Shown one piece after another: positions 7,980 through 16,858 of a stretch of 64,000 bases of DNA. The first letter of the stretch is position 1. Each line of letters begins with the position of its first letter. The position numbers and the translations under genes were made by a program. The notes under the pieces were generated by a model. That model did not search any database and was not told the DNA's origin. It saw only the letters and a list, made by a program, of their open reading frames with translations. The DNA is from an uncultured Terracidiphilus sp. (lineage in GTDB: Bacteria > Acidobacteriota > Terriglobia > Terriglobales > Acidobacteriaceae), in assembly GCA_964408275.1 (NCBI GenBank), contig CAYOYX010000006.1:7307-71306 (forward strand), written 5' to 3'.

Positions 7980-8444
7980 GTGAAGATCGGCGTGGTCAGC
8001 GATACCCACGGACTCTTTCGGCCAGAGGTTGCCAAGGCGCTCAAGGGCGTCGAGCGCATTCTACATCTGGGCGACGTGGGCGACGTGTCGGTGCTCAAGG
8101 AGTTGGGCAAGATCGCGCCGGTGACGGCGGTGCGCGGCAACACCGATCGCGAAGGGCCGCAGAGTGAGTTGCCGGAGACTGAGGTGGTGCTCGTACGCGA
8201 CCGCTACGTGTATATGCTGCACGATCTGAGCCTGATCCACCTGGACCCCGTTGCTGGAAAATTTGCCGCCGTGCTCTTCGGCCACACGCACATCCCCAAT
8301 TTCTACACGCGCAAAGGCGTGCTCTATTTCAATCCCGGCTCGTGCGGGCCGAGGCGCTTCAAGCTGCCGGTGACGGTGGGCGTGCTGAAGGTGAACAAAG
8401 AGGGCGAGTTCAAAGCGAAGATCATCGACCTGAAGCGCGGGTAG
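7980..8444 (+). CDS. metallophosphoesterase, YfcE/MJ0936 family
   Basis: Motifs SDTHG, GDVGD, GNTD, GHTH in canonical order. 154 aa. Confidence 0.85.
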   Translation: MKIGVVSDTHGLFRPEVAKALKGVERILHLGDVGDVSVLKELGKIAPVTAVRGNTDREGPQSELPETEVVLVRDRYVYMLHDLSLIHLDPVAGKFAAVLFGHTHIPNFYTRKGVLYFNPGSCGPRRFKLPVTVGVLKVNKEGEFKAKIIDLKRG

Positions 8445-8543
8445 GAATCGCGCGGGCGTCGCCTTCCTCATGCATTCCTTGTGAGTATTCTGCTAATCAA
8501 TAACGAAGAGCGACGCATTTCAGATGCGTTATTCTGTTAAGAA

Positions 8544-9158
8544 ATGAATCTCAACCTTGAGGAGCCTGTACCTTTGAAAGCGAACTTGTTCAAGAGTCTG
8601 TTTGTATGTGTGCTCGTCTTTGTTTCTACGCTCGGATTGGCCGCGCAGACTCCGGAAGCGGAGTCTCATGCAGCGATGAATATGCCCGGTGCAATGTCGA
8701 GCACTTCGACTGACTTTTTTGTGATGCCGGGATCGGACTTCGACCGGCCGGGATTGGTTCCCAGAGCCAACCTCAACATCGGCATCGGGCATACTTTTGG
8801 TTTTATGAAGAAAGACCCCTTCGGCGACGAGCTGACCTTTACCTATACTTACGAAAACGCGGGAAGCCACGGCTTCTTCCATACAAGCATGGGGTCGCAT
8901 ACCGAGGCACTCGGCGTGATGAAAAACTTTTCGCTGCCCAAAACAAAGACTGTCGGCGGTTACACGATGATCCAGGCTGGGTTGACCAGCATGACAGGAA
9001 TGGCGCATATAGAAAACCGATTTTATGACGGCGAGGCGCTGGGCGCGATGATCCACTTCAACGATCACAACGGCATCTGGATTCAGGAGACCTACAACAA
9101 GATTCCGACGATTCCGTGGTACACCACGACCAGCATCGGTTATACGTGGAGTTGGTGA
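8544..9158 (+). CDS. hypothetical secreted / small outer-membrane beta-barrel-like protein
   Basis: Signal-like segment LFKSLFVCVLVFVSTLGLAAQ. Alternating beta-like pattern. Aromatic C-terminus GYTWSW. Confidence 0.5.
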   Translation: MNLNLEEPVPLKANLFKSLFVCVLVFVSTLGLAAQTPEAESHAAMNMPGAMSSTSTDFFVMPGSDFDRPGLVPRANLNIGIGHTFGFMKKDPFGDELTFTYTYENAGSHGFFHTSMGSHTEALGVMKNFSLPKTKTVGGYTMIQAGLTSMTGMAHIENRFYDGEALGAMIHFNDHNGIWIQETYNKIPTIPWYTTTSIGYTWSW

Positions 9159-9193
9159 ACTGTTCTTATCACGATGGGGGGACTAACAATCCC

Positions 9194-9254
9194 TCAGGGG
9201 CTAAAGCCCAGTACATTTGTCACCCTTTGCGGCACGACTGAAGTCGTGCCCTGA
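9194..9254. repeat. Repeat family A copy
   Basis: tcaggggctaaagccc..tttgcggcacgactgaagtcgtgccctga, in a convergent intergenic region. Confidence 0.85.
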
Positions 9255-9287
9255 CGCTTGTCGCCATTCTTATGAGTTCTTCTTTAG

Positions 9288-9345
9288 ACTGCAAAGCCCG
9301 CAGATTTTTTGATCTTTTTGCGGCACAACTGAAGTCGAGCGCTGA
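9288..9345. repeat. Repeat family A copy, degenerate (tandem to the previous copy)
   Basis: ctgcaaagcccgcag..tttgcggcacaactgaagtcgagcgctga. Same layout with several substitutions that break the hairpin. Confidence 0.6.
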
Positions 9346-9423
9346 CTCTTATTGCATTTCCAAATTGATTTCAGCGGCCTGTATAGTCGCGGACTTTTAA
9401 AAGATCGACTGAAAAGAGCTTCC

Positions 9424-10632
9424 CTAAACCGCGACGCGCGCGACGCGCTGCCCGATGCGCGTAAAGACCTCCCAGGGTATCGTACCTGTTGCTTCTGCGT
9501 GGTCGAAGGCAGTGATCTCCGTTTCGCCCTGGCGGCCAAGGATCACCACTTCGTCGCCAGCTTCGACGCCCGGAATCTCCGTCACATCGACGACGGCTTG
9601 ATCCATGCTGACGCGGCCCACCAGCGGCGCGCGTTCACCACGCACCAGCAGGCTGAAGCGGTTGCCGAGCCTCCGGTCGAGGCCGTCGGCGTAACCCGCG
9701 GCAATGAGCGCAAGGCGCATAGGCTCGGTGGCAACGAAGGTTCCATTGTAGCCAACCACGGCCCCGGGCTCGACCGCGCTCACACCGACCACGCGGCTCT
9801 TCCATGCAAGCACGGGGTGCAACCGGGCGCGAGCCGCTGTCATCGACTCCGGCTCCGTAGACCCCGACGGATCGAAGTTAGGATCGAAGCGCGGCAGCAA
9901 CCCATAGAGCGCCAGACCGGGCCGCAGCATGGCCTTCATCCCGTGGCGCGCGGCAAGTGCGGCAATTTCAGCGGCCCTGCCAGCCACGAGCGCCGCCGAG
10001 TTGCCCACATTCAGCCACTCGGGATAAACTCCTGCATCTTCAATCCGGTGCAGCGCCTCTTCCAGCCGCGCCAGTTGTGACCTGGTCACCGCGCCGTCGG
10101 CCTCGTCGGCGGCAAAGAGGTGGGTCATCACGCCCTCCATGCGCAGCGGAGAACCGGGATTGAAGCGAGCCAGCAGCGCGATCAGCCCTTCCGGGCCAAC
10201 ACCCTGACGGCTCATGCCGGTATCGATCTCAAGATGAACGGGAAGTGAATCTGCTCTGGCATCGGCAGCGCGCGCCGCGTGCTCCAACTCATTCAATTGA
10301 TACGGCTCCCATACCACCGCAGTCAGGCCGTGGCGCACTAGCTCCGCTCCCTGGCCGGGGAAGACGCCGCCGATGACCAGAATCCTCGCCTCTGGGCAGA
10401 AGGAACGTGCGGCTGCGCCCTCTTCAACGCTGGTAACGCCAAGCCATCGCGCGCCAGCGCGCACAGCAGCCGGAGCGCAGATTTCCAGAGAGTGCCCATA
10501 AGCATTGGCTTTGACAATGGCCAGCAACTCCGCTTGGGGCGCGGCCAATTCAGAGAGAAAACGATAGTTGTCTTCGAGAGAACGGGTGCTGATCTCAACC
10601 CAGCAGGGGCGCATTGTCATGAGGGGGTCCAA
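9424..10632 (-). CDS. alr: alanine racemase
   Basis: PLP-lysine motif AIVKANAYGHS. Full-length Alr-like sequence. The exact start is uncertain (several Met near the N-terminus). Confidence 0.9.
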   Translation of the reverse strand: MDPLMTMRPCWVEISTRSLEDNYRFLSELAAPQAELLAIVKANAYGHSLEICAPAAVRAGARWLGVTSVEEGAAARSFCPEARILVIGGVFPGQGAELVRHGLTAVVWEPYQLNELEHAARAADARADSLPVHLEIDTGMSRQGVGPEGLIALLARFNPGSPLRMEGVMTHLFAADEADGAVTRSQLARLEEALHRIEDAGVYPEWLNVGNSAALVAGRAAEIAALAARHGMKAMLRPGLALYGLLPRFDPNFDPSGSTEPESMTAARARLHPVLAWKSRVVGVSAVEPGAVVGYNGTFVATEPMRLALIAAGYADGLDRRLGNRFSLLVRGERAPLVGRVSMDQAVVDVTEIPGVEAGDEVVILGRQGETEITAFDHAEATGTIPWEVFTRIGQRVARVAV

Positions 10633-10664
10633 GAATCAGTGTAGCGCGCGAAGACTCGAAGTGT

Positions 10665-11282
10665 TCACCCCAGCAGCGCAAAGGCCACCACGGTCTCGCC
10701 CTTTGCCGGAATCTCGTCCAGCAATTCGGCCTCAAGATCGTACGGAACTGTCATCTCGCAGGCCGCAACCTCTTCTTGGCTCGCGCCCTTGAAACACAGT
10801 TCGCAGTGAGCCAGCGCCGAACCGTCTCCCATGCGAACGGGCGGTCCAAAGACGCGGCAGGTCATCGGCCTCCACGCGTAGACATCGCAGCGGCCCGTGG
10901 CGCGGTCCAGCGCAGGACAAGCAGCATAGTTGGCAAAGTTCTCAAATCGCTCCCGCTCCTCCGGCGAGTTGCCCAGCAGACCCGTCTCCACATCTCCGGG
11001 AAAGGACGGACCATGCTCGACGACCCACATCCCGGCGCGATGCTTAACTTCAGCAGCCAGCTCCGGTTGCGTCTCGCGCAGCTTTTCCATCCCGGAGTGC
11101 AGTCGCAGCGCATCCAGCGGACTCACGGCGAAAGCGCCGTGGCAACACTGCGTACAGCCCTGCTTGCAGACAAGATTCTTCCCCGCCTTCTCCGCTGCCT
11201 CGGCGAAGGCTCCATCCATGATCTGGATCAAAAAAGAATCACCCGTTGGTAAACTCATCTCGGTGAGAATACTCGATTTCAC
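10665..11282 (-). CDS. YkgJ-family cysteine-cluster protein
   Basis: CKQGCTQCCHG (CxxCxxCC) plus distal Cys residues. Confidence 0.7.
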   Translation of the reverse strand: MKSSILTEMSLPTGDSFLIQIMDGAFAEAAEKAGKNLVCKQGCTQCCHGAFAVSPLDALRLHSGMEKLRETQPELAAEVKHRAGMWVVEHGPSFPGDVETGLLGNSPEERERFENFANYAACPALDRATGRCDVYAWRPMTCRVFGPPVRMGDGSALAHCELCFKGASQEEVAACEMTVPYDLEAELLDEIPAKGETVVAFALLG

Positions 11283-11445
11283 TCATCCCAGTCGCTATCA
11301 ATCATCTGCCCAGGTATACCATTAGTCATAGGTCAACCTACCCACGAGTACCCGCGGCTCCGCGACCAGGAGTTTGACGTGAATGATGACTGCCCACTGA
11401 TCTCGCCATTTACAATCGCAGCAACAGCAGAGGAATCCGCCAACA

Positions 11446-12225
11446 ATGACGAAAGAAATGAAAGAGCAGAACGCCGCCGCCCTGGCCGGCCACAACGGCT
11501 TCTCGCTCATCTCCAACGACAAACTCCTTCAGTTCTACTCAACCATGGTGCAGTGCCGCCTGATCGCCGAGCGCGCGCAAGCCAATCGTCAAGGCTCGCT
11601 TGCCGGACAAGAAGCTGTAGCAACCGGCGTGCTTCTCGACCTTCTGCCGGAGGACGCCATCGCTTGCGATTCCAACAACCGCATCCTCAGGTACATTCAC
11701 GGGACTCCTCTCAATAGGCTCTTCGCCCGCGCAACCGAGCCGGCTTTCGCCTTGCAGCTCAGGCAGGTACTCGGCGCAGTCCAGGCCGGCAAGACCGAAG
11801 TGAGCCGCAGTGTTGCCGCAGTCTTCGCCGCGAGCGATTCCCGCATATGGCGAGAGGCTCTCACGCAGGCCCACGCCGAAGATTTGCCTATTCTCTTTAT
11901 CTGCCCTGTGAGGCCCGCCGCCGAGCCGGTGCATCGCAAACTTGAGACTGCGGGACTCGCGCGTATCATTGTGGACGGCAACGACGTGGTGGCGGTTTAT
12001 CGCGTCGCCACCGAGGCCATCACGCACGCGCGCAAGGGCAACGGGCCGACTCTGATCGAATGCATCTTCAATCGCACCAAGGCACATGACCCCGTTAGCA
12101 AGATGGAAGCGTACCTCACCGGCAAGGACCTCTTCCGCGCAGAATGGAAGCGCAAGGTCGAGAGCAACTTCAAGCGGAGGCTGGACGCGGCCCTCAAAGC
12201 GGGAAGCAAACTGCAAAATTCCTGA
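11446..12225 (+). CDS. E1-alpha-like (2-oxoacid dehydrogenase TPP subunit) homolog, short and motif-degenerate
   Basis: E1-alpha-like blocks (LLQFYSTMVQCRLIAERA, DLPILFIC, IVDGNDVVAVYRVATEAITHARKGNGPTLIEC). The GDG..NN TPP motif positions read ASDS..PVR. No E1-beta gene follows. Confidence 0.6.
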   Translation: MTKEMKEQNAAALAGHNGFSLISNDKLLQFYSTMVQCRLIAERAQANRQGSLAGQEAVATGVLLDLLPEDAIACDSNNRILRYIHGTPLNRLFARATEPAFALQLRQVLGAVQAGKTEVSRSVAAVFAASDSRIWREALTQAHAEDLPILFICPVRPAAEPVHRKLETAGLARIIVDGNDVVAVYRVATEAITHARKGNGPTLIECIFNRTKAHDPVSKMEAYLTGKDLFRAEWKRKVESNFKRRLDAALKAGSKLQNS

Positions 12226-12308
12226 TTTTGCCCTCGTCGCGGATTTGGTCTGACCGTCCCGCTTTTGTCTGCATAAAACATCGGCGGGCCAGTGATACAG
12301 TGAGGGGT

Positions 12309-14198
12309 ATGAGATCGCGCATCCATAGGTTGACGGCAACTATTCTTCTCTGCACGGCGCTCTTTGCGGCGCTGCTCCTTCTGGCCGCGTCGCCGCTCAC
12401 TGCTCAGCAGCCTGCCGCACCCTGCGAACCCGGCGTACTCGGTTCGCCTTACATCCCCGTCGATAGCTGGATATATCCTGCCGTGCTGCGGCTCTACTCG
12501 CTCGGCTACGTGGATACGGTTTATCTGGGCATGAGGCCCTGGACACGAGCCAGCCTCGGCCACATGGTTGAAGAGGCCGGCGCGCGCCTCGATGATGCAA
12601 ATAAAGATGCAGCCGGCGACGAGGCGCAGGGAATCTACGACGCATTGCTGCGTGAACTGAGGCCGGATAGCGAGGGTCCATGCCTCAGCCACAAGGGTAA
12701 CTCGCGCGTCGAATCGGTCTATGAAGCCGCGCGCGGCATTAGCGGCACACCACTGCGCGACAGTTATCATCTTGGCTCGACGATCATCAATGACTACGGC
12801 CGCCCTTACGAAAACGGCATCAACAGTTACACAGGAGCGAGCGGCTACGCCTCAGCCGGCCGCTTCGTGCTCTATGCGCGCGGCGAGTTTGAAGCCGCTC
12901 CATCGGCCACCGGCTACTCGCAGGCATTGGCGCAGGCACTCAGCATCGTAGATGGCACGATCTTCACCGACCCGACTACTCACGTGACCACGTATTTCCT
13001 TCCACAGGCCACCATCCCGATGGGACCAATCTCAAGCACCGCCAACGGGCGCATTATGGAGGCCTTTGTCTCGGCGCACGTCCTCAACCACGAAATCTCC
13101 CTCGGCAAGCAAGACGAGTGGCTTGGACCGGGCGTGGGCGGCGGCATGGCATACTCCAACAACGCCGAAAACATTTACTCCTTCCGCATCAACCGCATCG
13201 AGCCGCTGCATATTCCGGGTCTATCACGCCTCACCGGCCCCTTCCGCTACGACTTTCTCGTCGGGGGTCTGCACGGGCATACATATATACCCAATCCGGC
13301 CAATCCCGGCGGCGCCAATCCGAATATGCCCAACGTGATCAACCCCGGCGACCCCTGGGTCCATGTCGAGAAGATCAGCTTCCGGCCCACGGAAAACCTT
13401 GAATTCGGTTTTGAGCGCACCGTCATCTGGGCCGGTCAGGGCCACGGTGCCGTCAACTTCGCCAGCTTCTATCGCAGCTTCATCAGCCTCTCTTCTCCGC
13501 CGGGCAACACCAAAGATGGACCGGACGATCCCGGTGCGCGTTTTGCCGCCTTCGACTTCTCTTACCGGCTGCCCTTTCTGCGCAAGTGGCTCACACTCTA
13601 TAGCGATTCCGAGGTCCACGACGACGTTTCTCCCATCGACGCTCCGCGCCGCGCCGCCTATCGTCCCGGTCTCTATCTCTCCCACGTCCCAGGCCTTCGC
13701 AAGCTGGACATCCGCGCGGAAGCCGCCTCCACAGACCCCTCCTCCTCTACAGTCACGGCCAGACAGTACGGCATATTCATGTACTGGGAAGGCATTCAGA
13801 AGCAGGGCTACACCAATCATGGCCAACTCTTCGGCGATTGGATCGGGCGCGAGGACAAGGGTGGACAAGCCTGGATTACTTGGCATCTAAGCGGCAATGA
13901 ATTAATCCAGGCGGGCTATCGCAATCAAAAGGCCACCAGCGACTTCATTCCAGGCGGAACGATTCAGAAATATGCAATTGCGCCGTGCTCGGTCAGCAAC
14001 CTCTGCCTTCCGCCCGGAGGCACCACGCTGAATGACTTCAACCTGCGGGTGGTCAAGCGCATCGGCAGGGAGTTCGAGGTCAACGGCAACTTCGCCTACG
14101 AGCAATGGAAGGCGCCAATTTATATGTCCGGCCAGCAGACGGTAACCACTACCACGATTCAGATTACGTGGTTCCCGGAGCGCAAGGTCAGCTTTTGA
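12309..14198 (+). CDS. Wzi-like capsule-assembly / outer-membrane beta-barrel protein
   Basis: Signal peptide from the internal ATG at 12309 (MRSRIHRLTATILLCTALFAALLLLAASPLTAQ). N-terminal PVDSWIYPAVLRLYSLGYVD..GMRPWTR motif as in Wzi-family proteins. Beta-rich, with a C-terminal F. Confidence 0.55.
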   Translation: MRSRIHRLTATILLCTALFAALLLLAASPLTAQQPAAPCEPGVLGSPYIPVDSWIYPAVLRLYSLGYVDTVYLGMRPWTRASLGHMVEEAGARLDDANKDAAGDEAQGIYDALLRELRPDSEGPCLSHKGNSRVESVYEAARGISGTPLRDSYHLGSTIINDYGRPYENGINSYTGASGYASAGRFVLYARGEFEAAPSATGYSQALAQALSIVDGTIFTDPTTHVTTYFLPQATIPMGPISSTANGRIMEAFVSAHVLNHEISLGKQDEWLGPGVGGGMAYSNNAENIYSFRINRIEPLHIPGLSRLTGPFRYDFLVGGLHGHTYIPNPANPGGANPNMPNVINPGDPWVHVEKISFRPTENLEFGFERTVIWAGQGHGAVNFASFYRSFISLSSPPGNTKDGPDDPGARFAAFDFSYRLPFLRKWLTLYSDSEVHDDVSPIDAPRRAAYRPGLYLSHVPGLRKLDIRAEAASTDPSSSTVTARQYGIFMYWEGIQKQGYTNHGQLFGDWIGREDKGGQAWITWHLSGNELIQAGYRNQKATSDFIPGGTIQKYAIAPCSVSNLCLPPGGTTLNDFNLRVVKRIGREFEVNGNFAYEQWKAPIYMSGQQTVTTTTIQITWFPERKVSF

Positions 14199-14257
14199 GC
14201 AGCCGCAGCTTCCCGCTTCAACGTGATCCCGGTGGAATCAGATTGTCGAGAGCAGGC

Positions 14258-14362
14258 CCGCCCACCCCCACCCATATTTTGTAGGGAAATTCCTTTGTTT
14301 CATGAGGTTACAGGGATGGTTGCGCTGTAAAATCGTCAAAACAAAGAAGTTCCCTACAAAAT
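14258..14362. repeat. C-rich tract plus ~25-bp imperfect inverted repeat (hairpin or MITE-like)
   Basis: cccgcccacccccaccc, then attttgtagggaaattcctttgttt (14276..14300), about 37 nt, then aaaacaaagaagttccctacaaaat (14338..14362). Confidence 0.75.
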
Positions 14363-14610
14363 CGTCCTAAATAAGGAGTTAGGTGATGTTTTGGCCTTTT
14401 CTGACCGCTTTCGACTAGAAAACGGCATGAAGAGGAGGCGCAGGGGCGATGATTTGTAGGAGACCACTGAGGACTATTGTGCGACGAAGCGGGGAAATTA
14501 TCTGCAAAGGAGCAGCCCCTTCGACTCCGCTCAGGGCAGGTTGCCCGCGCAGTTGTGTGATGGTAGCTCGATTGTGGTTCGACCCGGCATAAGTTGACTA
14601 TGCCACAAAT

Positions 14611-16209
14611 TTAGTTGTGCTTGCCCTTCCACTCGGCATACGGGCCTTGGAAGTCTTCGATGCCATCGTCTTTGAAGACCCAGAGGCGGGTGGCGACTTC
14701 GTCGATCAAGTCATGGTCGTGAGTGACTAACAGGACTGTGCCTTCATAGCGCTGGAGAGCGATGTTGAGAGCGTTGATGGCTTCGAGATCGAGGTGATTG
14801 GTCGGCTCGTCAAAGATCAAGATGTTGGGCTTGGTGAGGATCAGCTTGCAGAATGCAAGTCGGGCCTGTTCGCCGCCGCTGAGAGCTTTGGTTTGCTTAT
14901 CGCCCTCTTCGCCGCTGAAAAGCATTTGTCCGAGAATGCCGCGGATGTCTTCGACGTGGGCCGCGGGGTTCCAGCGATGGAGCCACTCGGCTACGGTGAG
15001 GCCATGCTCGATAGTCGCGCCGACATCCTGCGGAAAGTAGCCGATCTGCGCTTCGTGGCCCCAGAAGACAGTGCCGTTGTCGAGAGAGAAGTCCTTGTCA
15101 GCGAGGCCGGGATAGTTGGCGAGGATGCTCTTGAGGAGCGTGGTCTTCCCTGCCCCGTTGCGGCCCATGAGACAGATATGCTCGCCGCGCAGGAGATTGG
15201 CGCTGAAGCCGTCGATGACTTTGTGGTCGTCGTAGGATTTGGTGAGGTGCTTGAATTCAAGGACGTGCTTGCCGCTGGGGCGCGTCTGATCGAAGCGAAT
15301 GTAAGGGCGGGCGATGTTGGAGCGGGCGAGGTCGTTGGTTTGCAGGCGCTCGACCTCTTTGCGGCGGCTTGTGACCTGCGAACTGCGCGTGCCGGCCGAG
15401 AAGCGGGCGATAAAGTCGTTGAGCTGCGCGATCTTTTTTTCGCGCTGGGCGTTTTGCGATTCGAGAGTGGAACGAATCTGCGTCTTGGCCATGACCATCT
15501 CGTCGTAGCCGCCGGTGTAGGTGATGATGGTTGCGTAGTCGATGTCGGCGGTGTGTGTGGTGACGGAGTTGAGGAAGTGGCGATCGTGGCTGATGGCGAT
15601 CAGCGTGCCGTCGAAGTTGATGAGGAAGTCCTGGAGCCAGTGGATGGATTCGAGATCGAGGTAGTTGGTAGGCTCGTCGAGCAGCAGCGCCTGGGGCTTG
15701 CCGAAGAGCGCCTGGGCGAGCAGGACGCGCATCTTCTGGCCGCCTTGCAGCTCGGACATTTTGCGCTCGTGAACGGCTTCGGGGATGTCGAGACCGTCGA
15801 GCAGGACAGCGGCGTCGGATTCAGCGGAGTAGCCGTCTTCATCGCCTATAACGCCTTCGAGTTCGCCGAGGCGCATTCCGTCGGCGTCGGAGAGTTCGGG
15901 CTTCTCATAAATTCGATCACGTTCTTCGAGAGCGGTCCACAGCGGCTTGTTGCCCATGATGACGGTGTCAATGACTCGATAGGTATCGAAGGCGAATTGA
16001 TCCTGGCGCAGCACACCGAGCTTGCGCGGACGGACGACGGTGCCTTTTTGAGCATCGAGTTCGCCGGTGAGAATCTTCATAAAAGTAGATTTGCCGCTGC
16101 CGTTGGGGCCGGTGAGGCCGTAGCGGCGACCGGGGACAAAGTTGACAGAGACGTCCTCGAAGAGCACCTTCGAGCCGTAGCGCATGGTTACATTGCTGAC
16201 ACTGATCAT
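14611..16209 (-). CDS. ABC-F family ATPase (YbiT/Uup-like translation factor type)
   Basis: Two NBDs: Walker A GPNGSGKST and GRNGAGKTT, signatures LSGGQ and LSGGE. No TM domain. 532 aa. Confidence 0.92.
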   Translation of the reverse strand: MISVSNVTMRYGSKVLFEDVSVNFVPGRRYGLTGPNGSGKSTFMKILTGELDAQKGTVVRPRKLGVLRQDQFAFDTYRVIDTVIMGNKPLWTALEERDRIYEKPELSDADGMRLGELEGVIGDEDGYSAESDAAVLLDGLDIPEAVHERKMSELQGGQKMRVLLAQALFGKPQALLLDEPTNYLDLESIHWLQDFLINFDGTLIAISHDRHFLNSVTTHTADIDYATIITYTGGYDEMVMAKTQIRSTLESQNAQREKKIAQLNDFIARFSAGTRSSQVTSRRKEVERLQTNDLARSNIARPYIRFDQTRPSGKHVLEFKHLTKSYDDHKVIDGFSANLLRGEHICLMGRNGAGKTTLLKSILANYPGLADKDFSLDNGTVFWGHEAQIGYFPQDVGATIEHGLTVAEWLHRWNPAAHVEDIRGILGQMLFSGEEGDKQTKALSGGEQARLAFCKLILTKPNILIFDEPTNHLDLEAINALNIALQRYEGTVLLVTHDHDLIDEVATRLWVFKDDGIEDFQGPYAEWKGKHN

Positions 16210-16526
16210 TGTATTTTTTGCTTCCTATGTGGAGGCGCGACGGAAGTTCGGCCACGCGAGGCGGATGACGCTGGGATTTTTTAGTCTGCTCTTTTAGTTT
16301 CTCATAGGCGCGATGGAGCTGTTTCATTTCTGAATACAATGAATAAATTCTCTCTTTTCTCGTCGAAAAGAGGCCTTTATGAATGAAAAGCAGGCATTTT
16401 AGGCTGAAAAAAAGGGCAAAAAACGGGGTTTCATGTTGCCAATCAGTCAACAGGTGAAAAATATAAGTTATTTATTTAGTATTAGATGCAAGAGGAGAGG
16501 GGGAGAATAACCGGCCTCCGAGGAGT

Positions 16527-16675
16527 AGGGGGGTGGGGGCATAAGCGTTAAGTTAAGCGCTACGGACGAGCTTGGTGTTCAATATATGGGGTCATCAAAT
16601 TGGTTAACGCACAAGGAAAGGGTACAACCGATGACCAAAACACCTTATCTTAACGCTTATGGGGGGTGGGGGGTA
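16527..16675. repeat. 12-bp inverted repeats flanked by directly repeated G-tracts (MITE-like arrangement)
   Basis: ggggggtgggggc ATAAGCGTTAAG ...96 nt... CTTAACGCTTAT ggggggtgggggg. Confidence 0.7.
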
Positions 16676-16720
16676 GACAGTTCTCAGTTCTTAGATGCCA
16701 GTTGTCAGTAAAACAGCCCG
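16661..16720. repeat. Repeat family B copy (reverse orientation, diverged)
   Basis: The reverse complement reads gggctgttttactgacaactggcatctaagaactgagaactgtctaccccccacccccc. Confidence 0.7.
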
Positions 16721-16858
16721 GGGCTTGGTCGGTGGTCATGCACTCATTGTGCGCTCGGGTTGGAAATAATCTGCAAATCCCTTTGGAATTTTGCGAGAGG
16801 TTCGATTGTTAAAGATTTCAGCTGACAATAATATCTTGAAGATATATCTTTTAGATAT

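Noticed and set aside
12144-12308. N-terminal 55-codon extension of the Wzi-like ORF
   Set aside because: It overlaps the 3' end of the preceding gene. The internal ATG at 12309 is followed immediately by a canonical signal peptide.
14560-14600. GGTTCGACCC, a tRNA T-loop-like sequence
   Set aside because: The flanking bases do not form a T-stem, and no acceptor, D or anticodon arms can be drawn. I found no tRNA in any intergenic region inspected.
14794-16284. 496-aa plus-strand ORF opposite the ABC-F gene
   Set aside because: It is fully antisense to a gene with two intact Walker A / signature motif sets, and its composition is that of a shadow frame.
15968-16450. 160-aa minus-strand ORF running from the AT-rich leader into the ABC-F start (possible leader peptide or uORF)
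   Set aside because: It is out of frame with ABC-F and overlaps about 240 nt of its coding region. There is no RBS and no conservation evidence available. A short regulatory uORF remains possible but cannot be supported from sequence alone.
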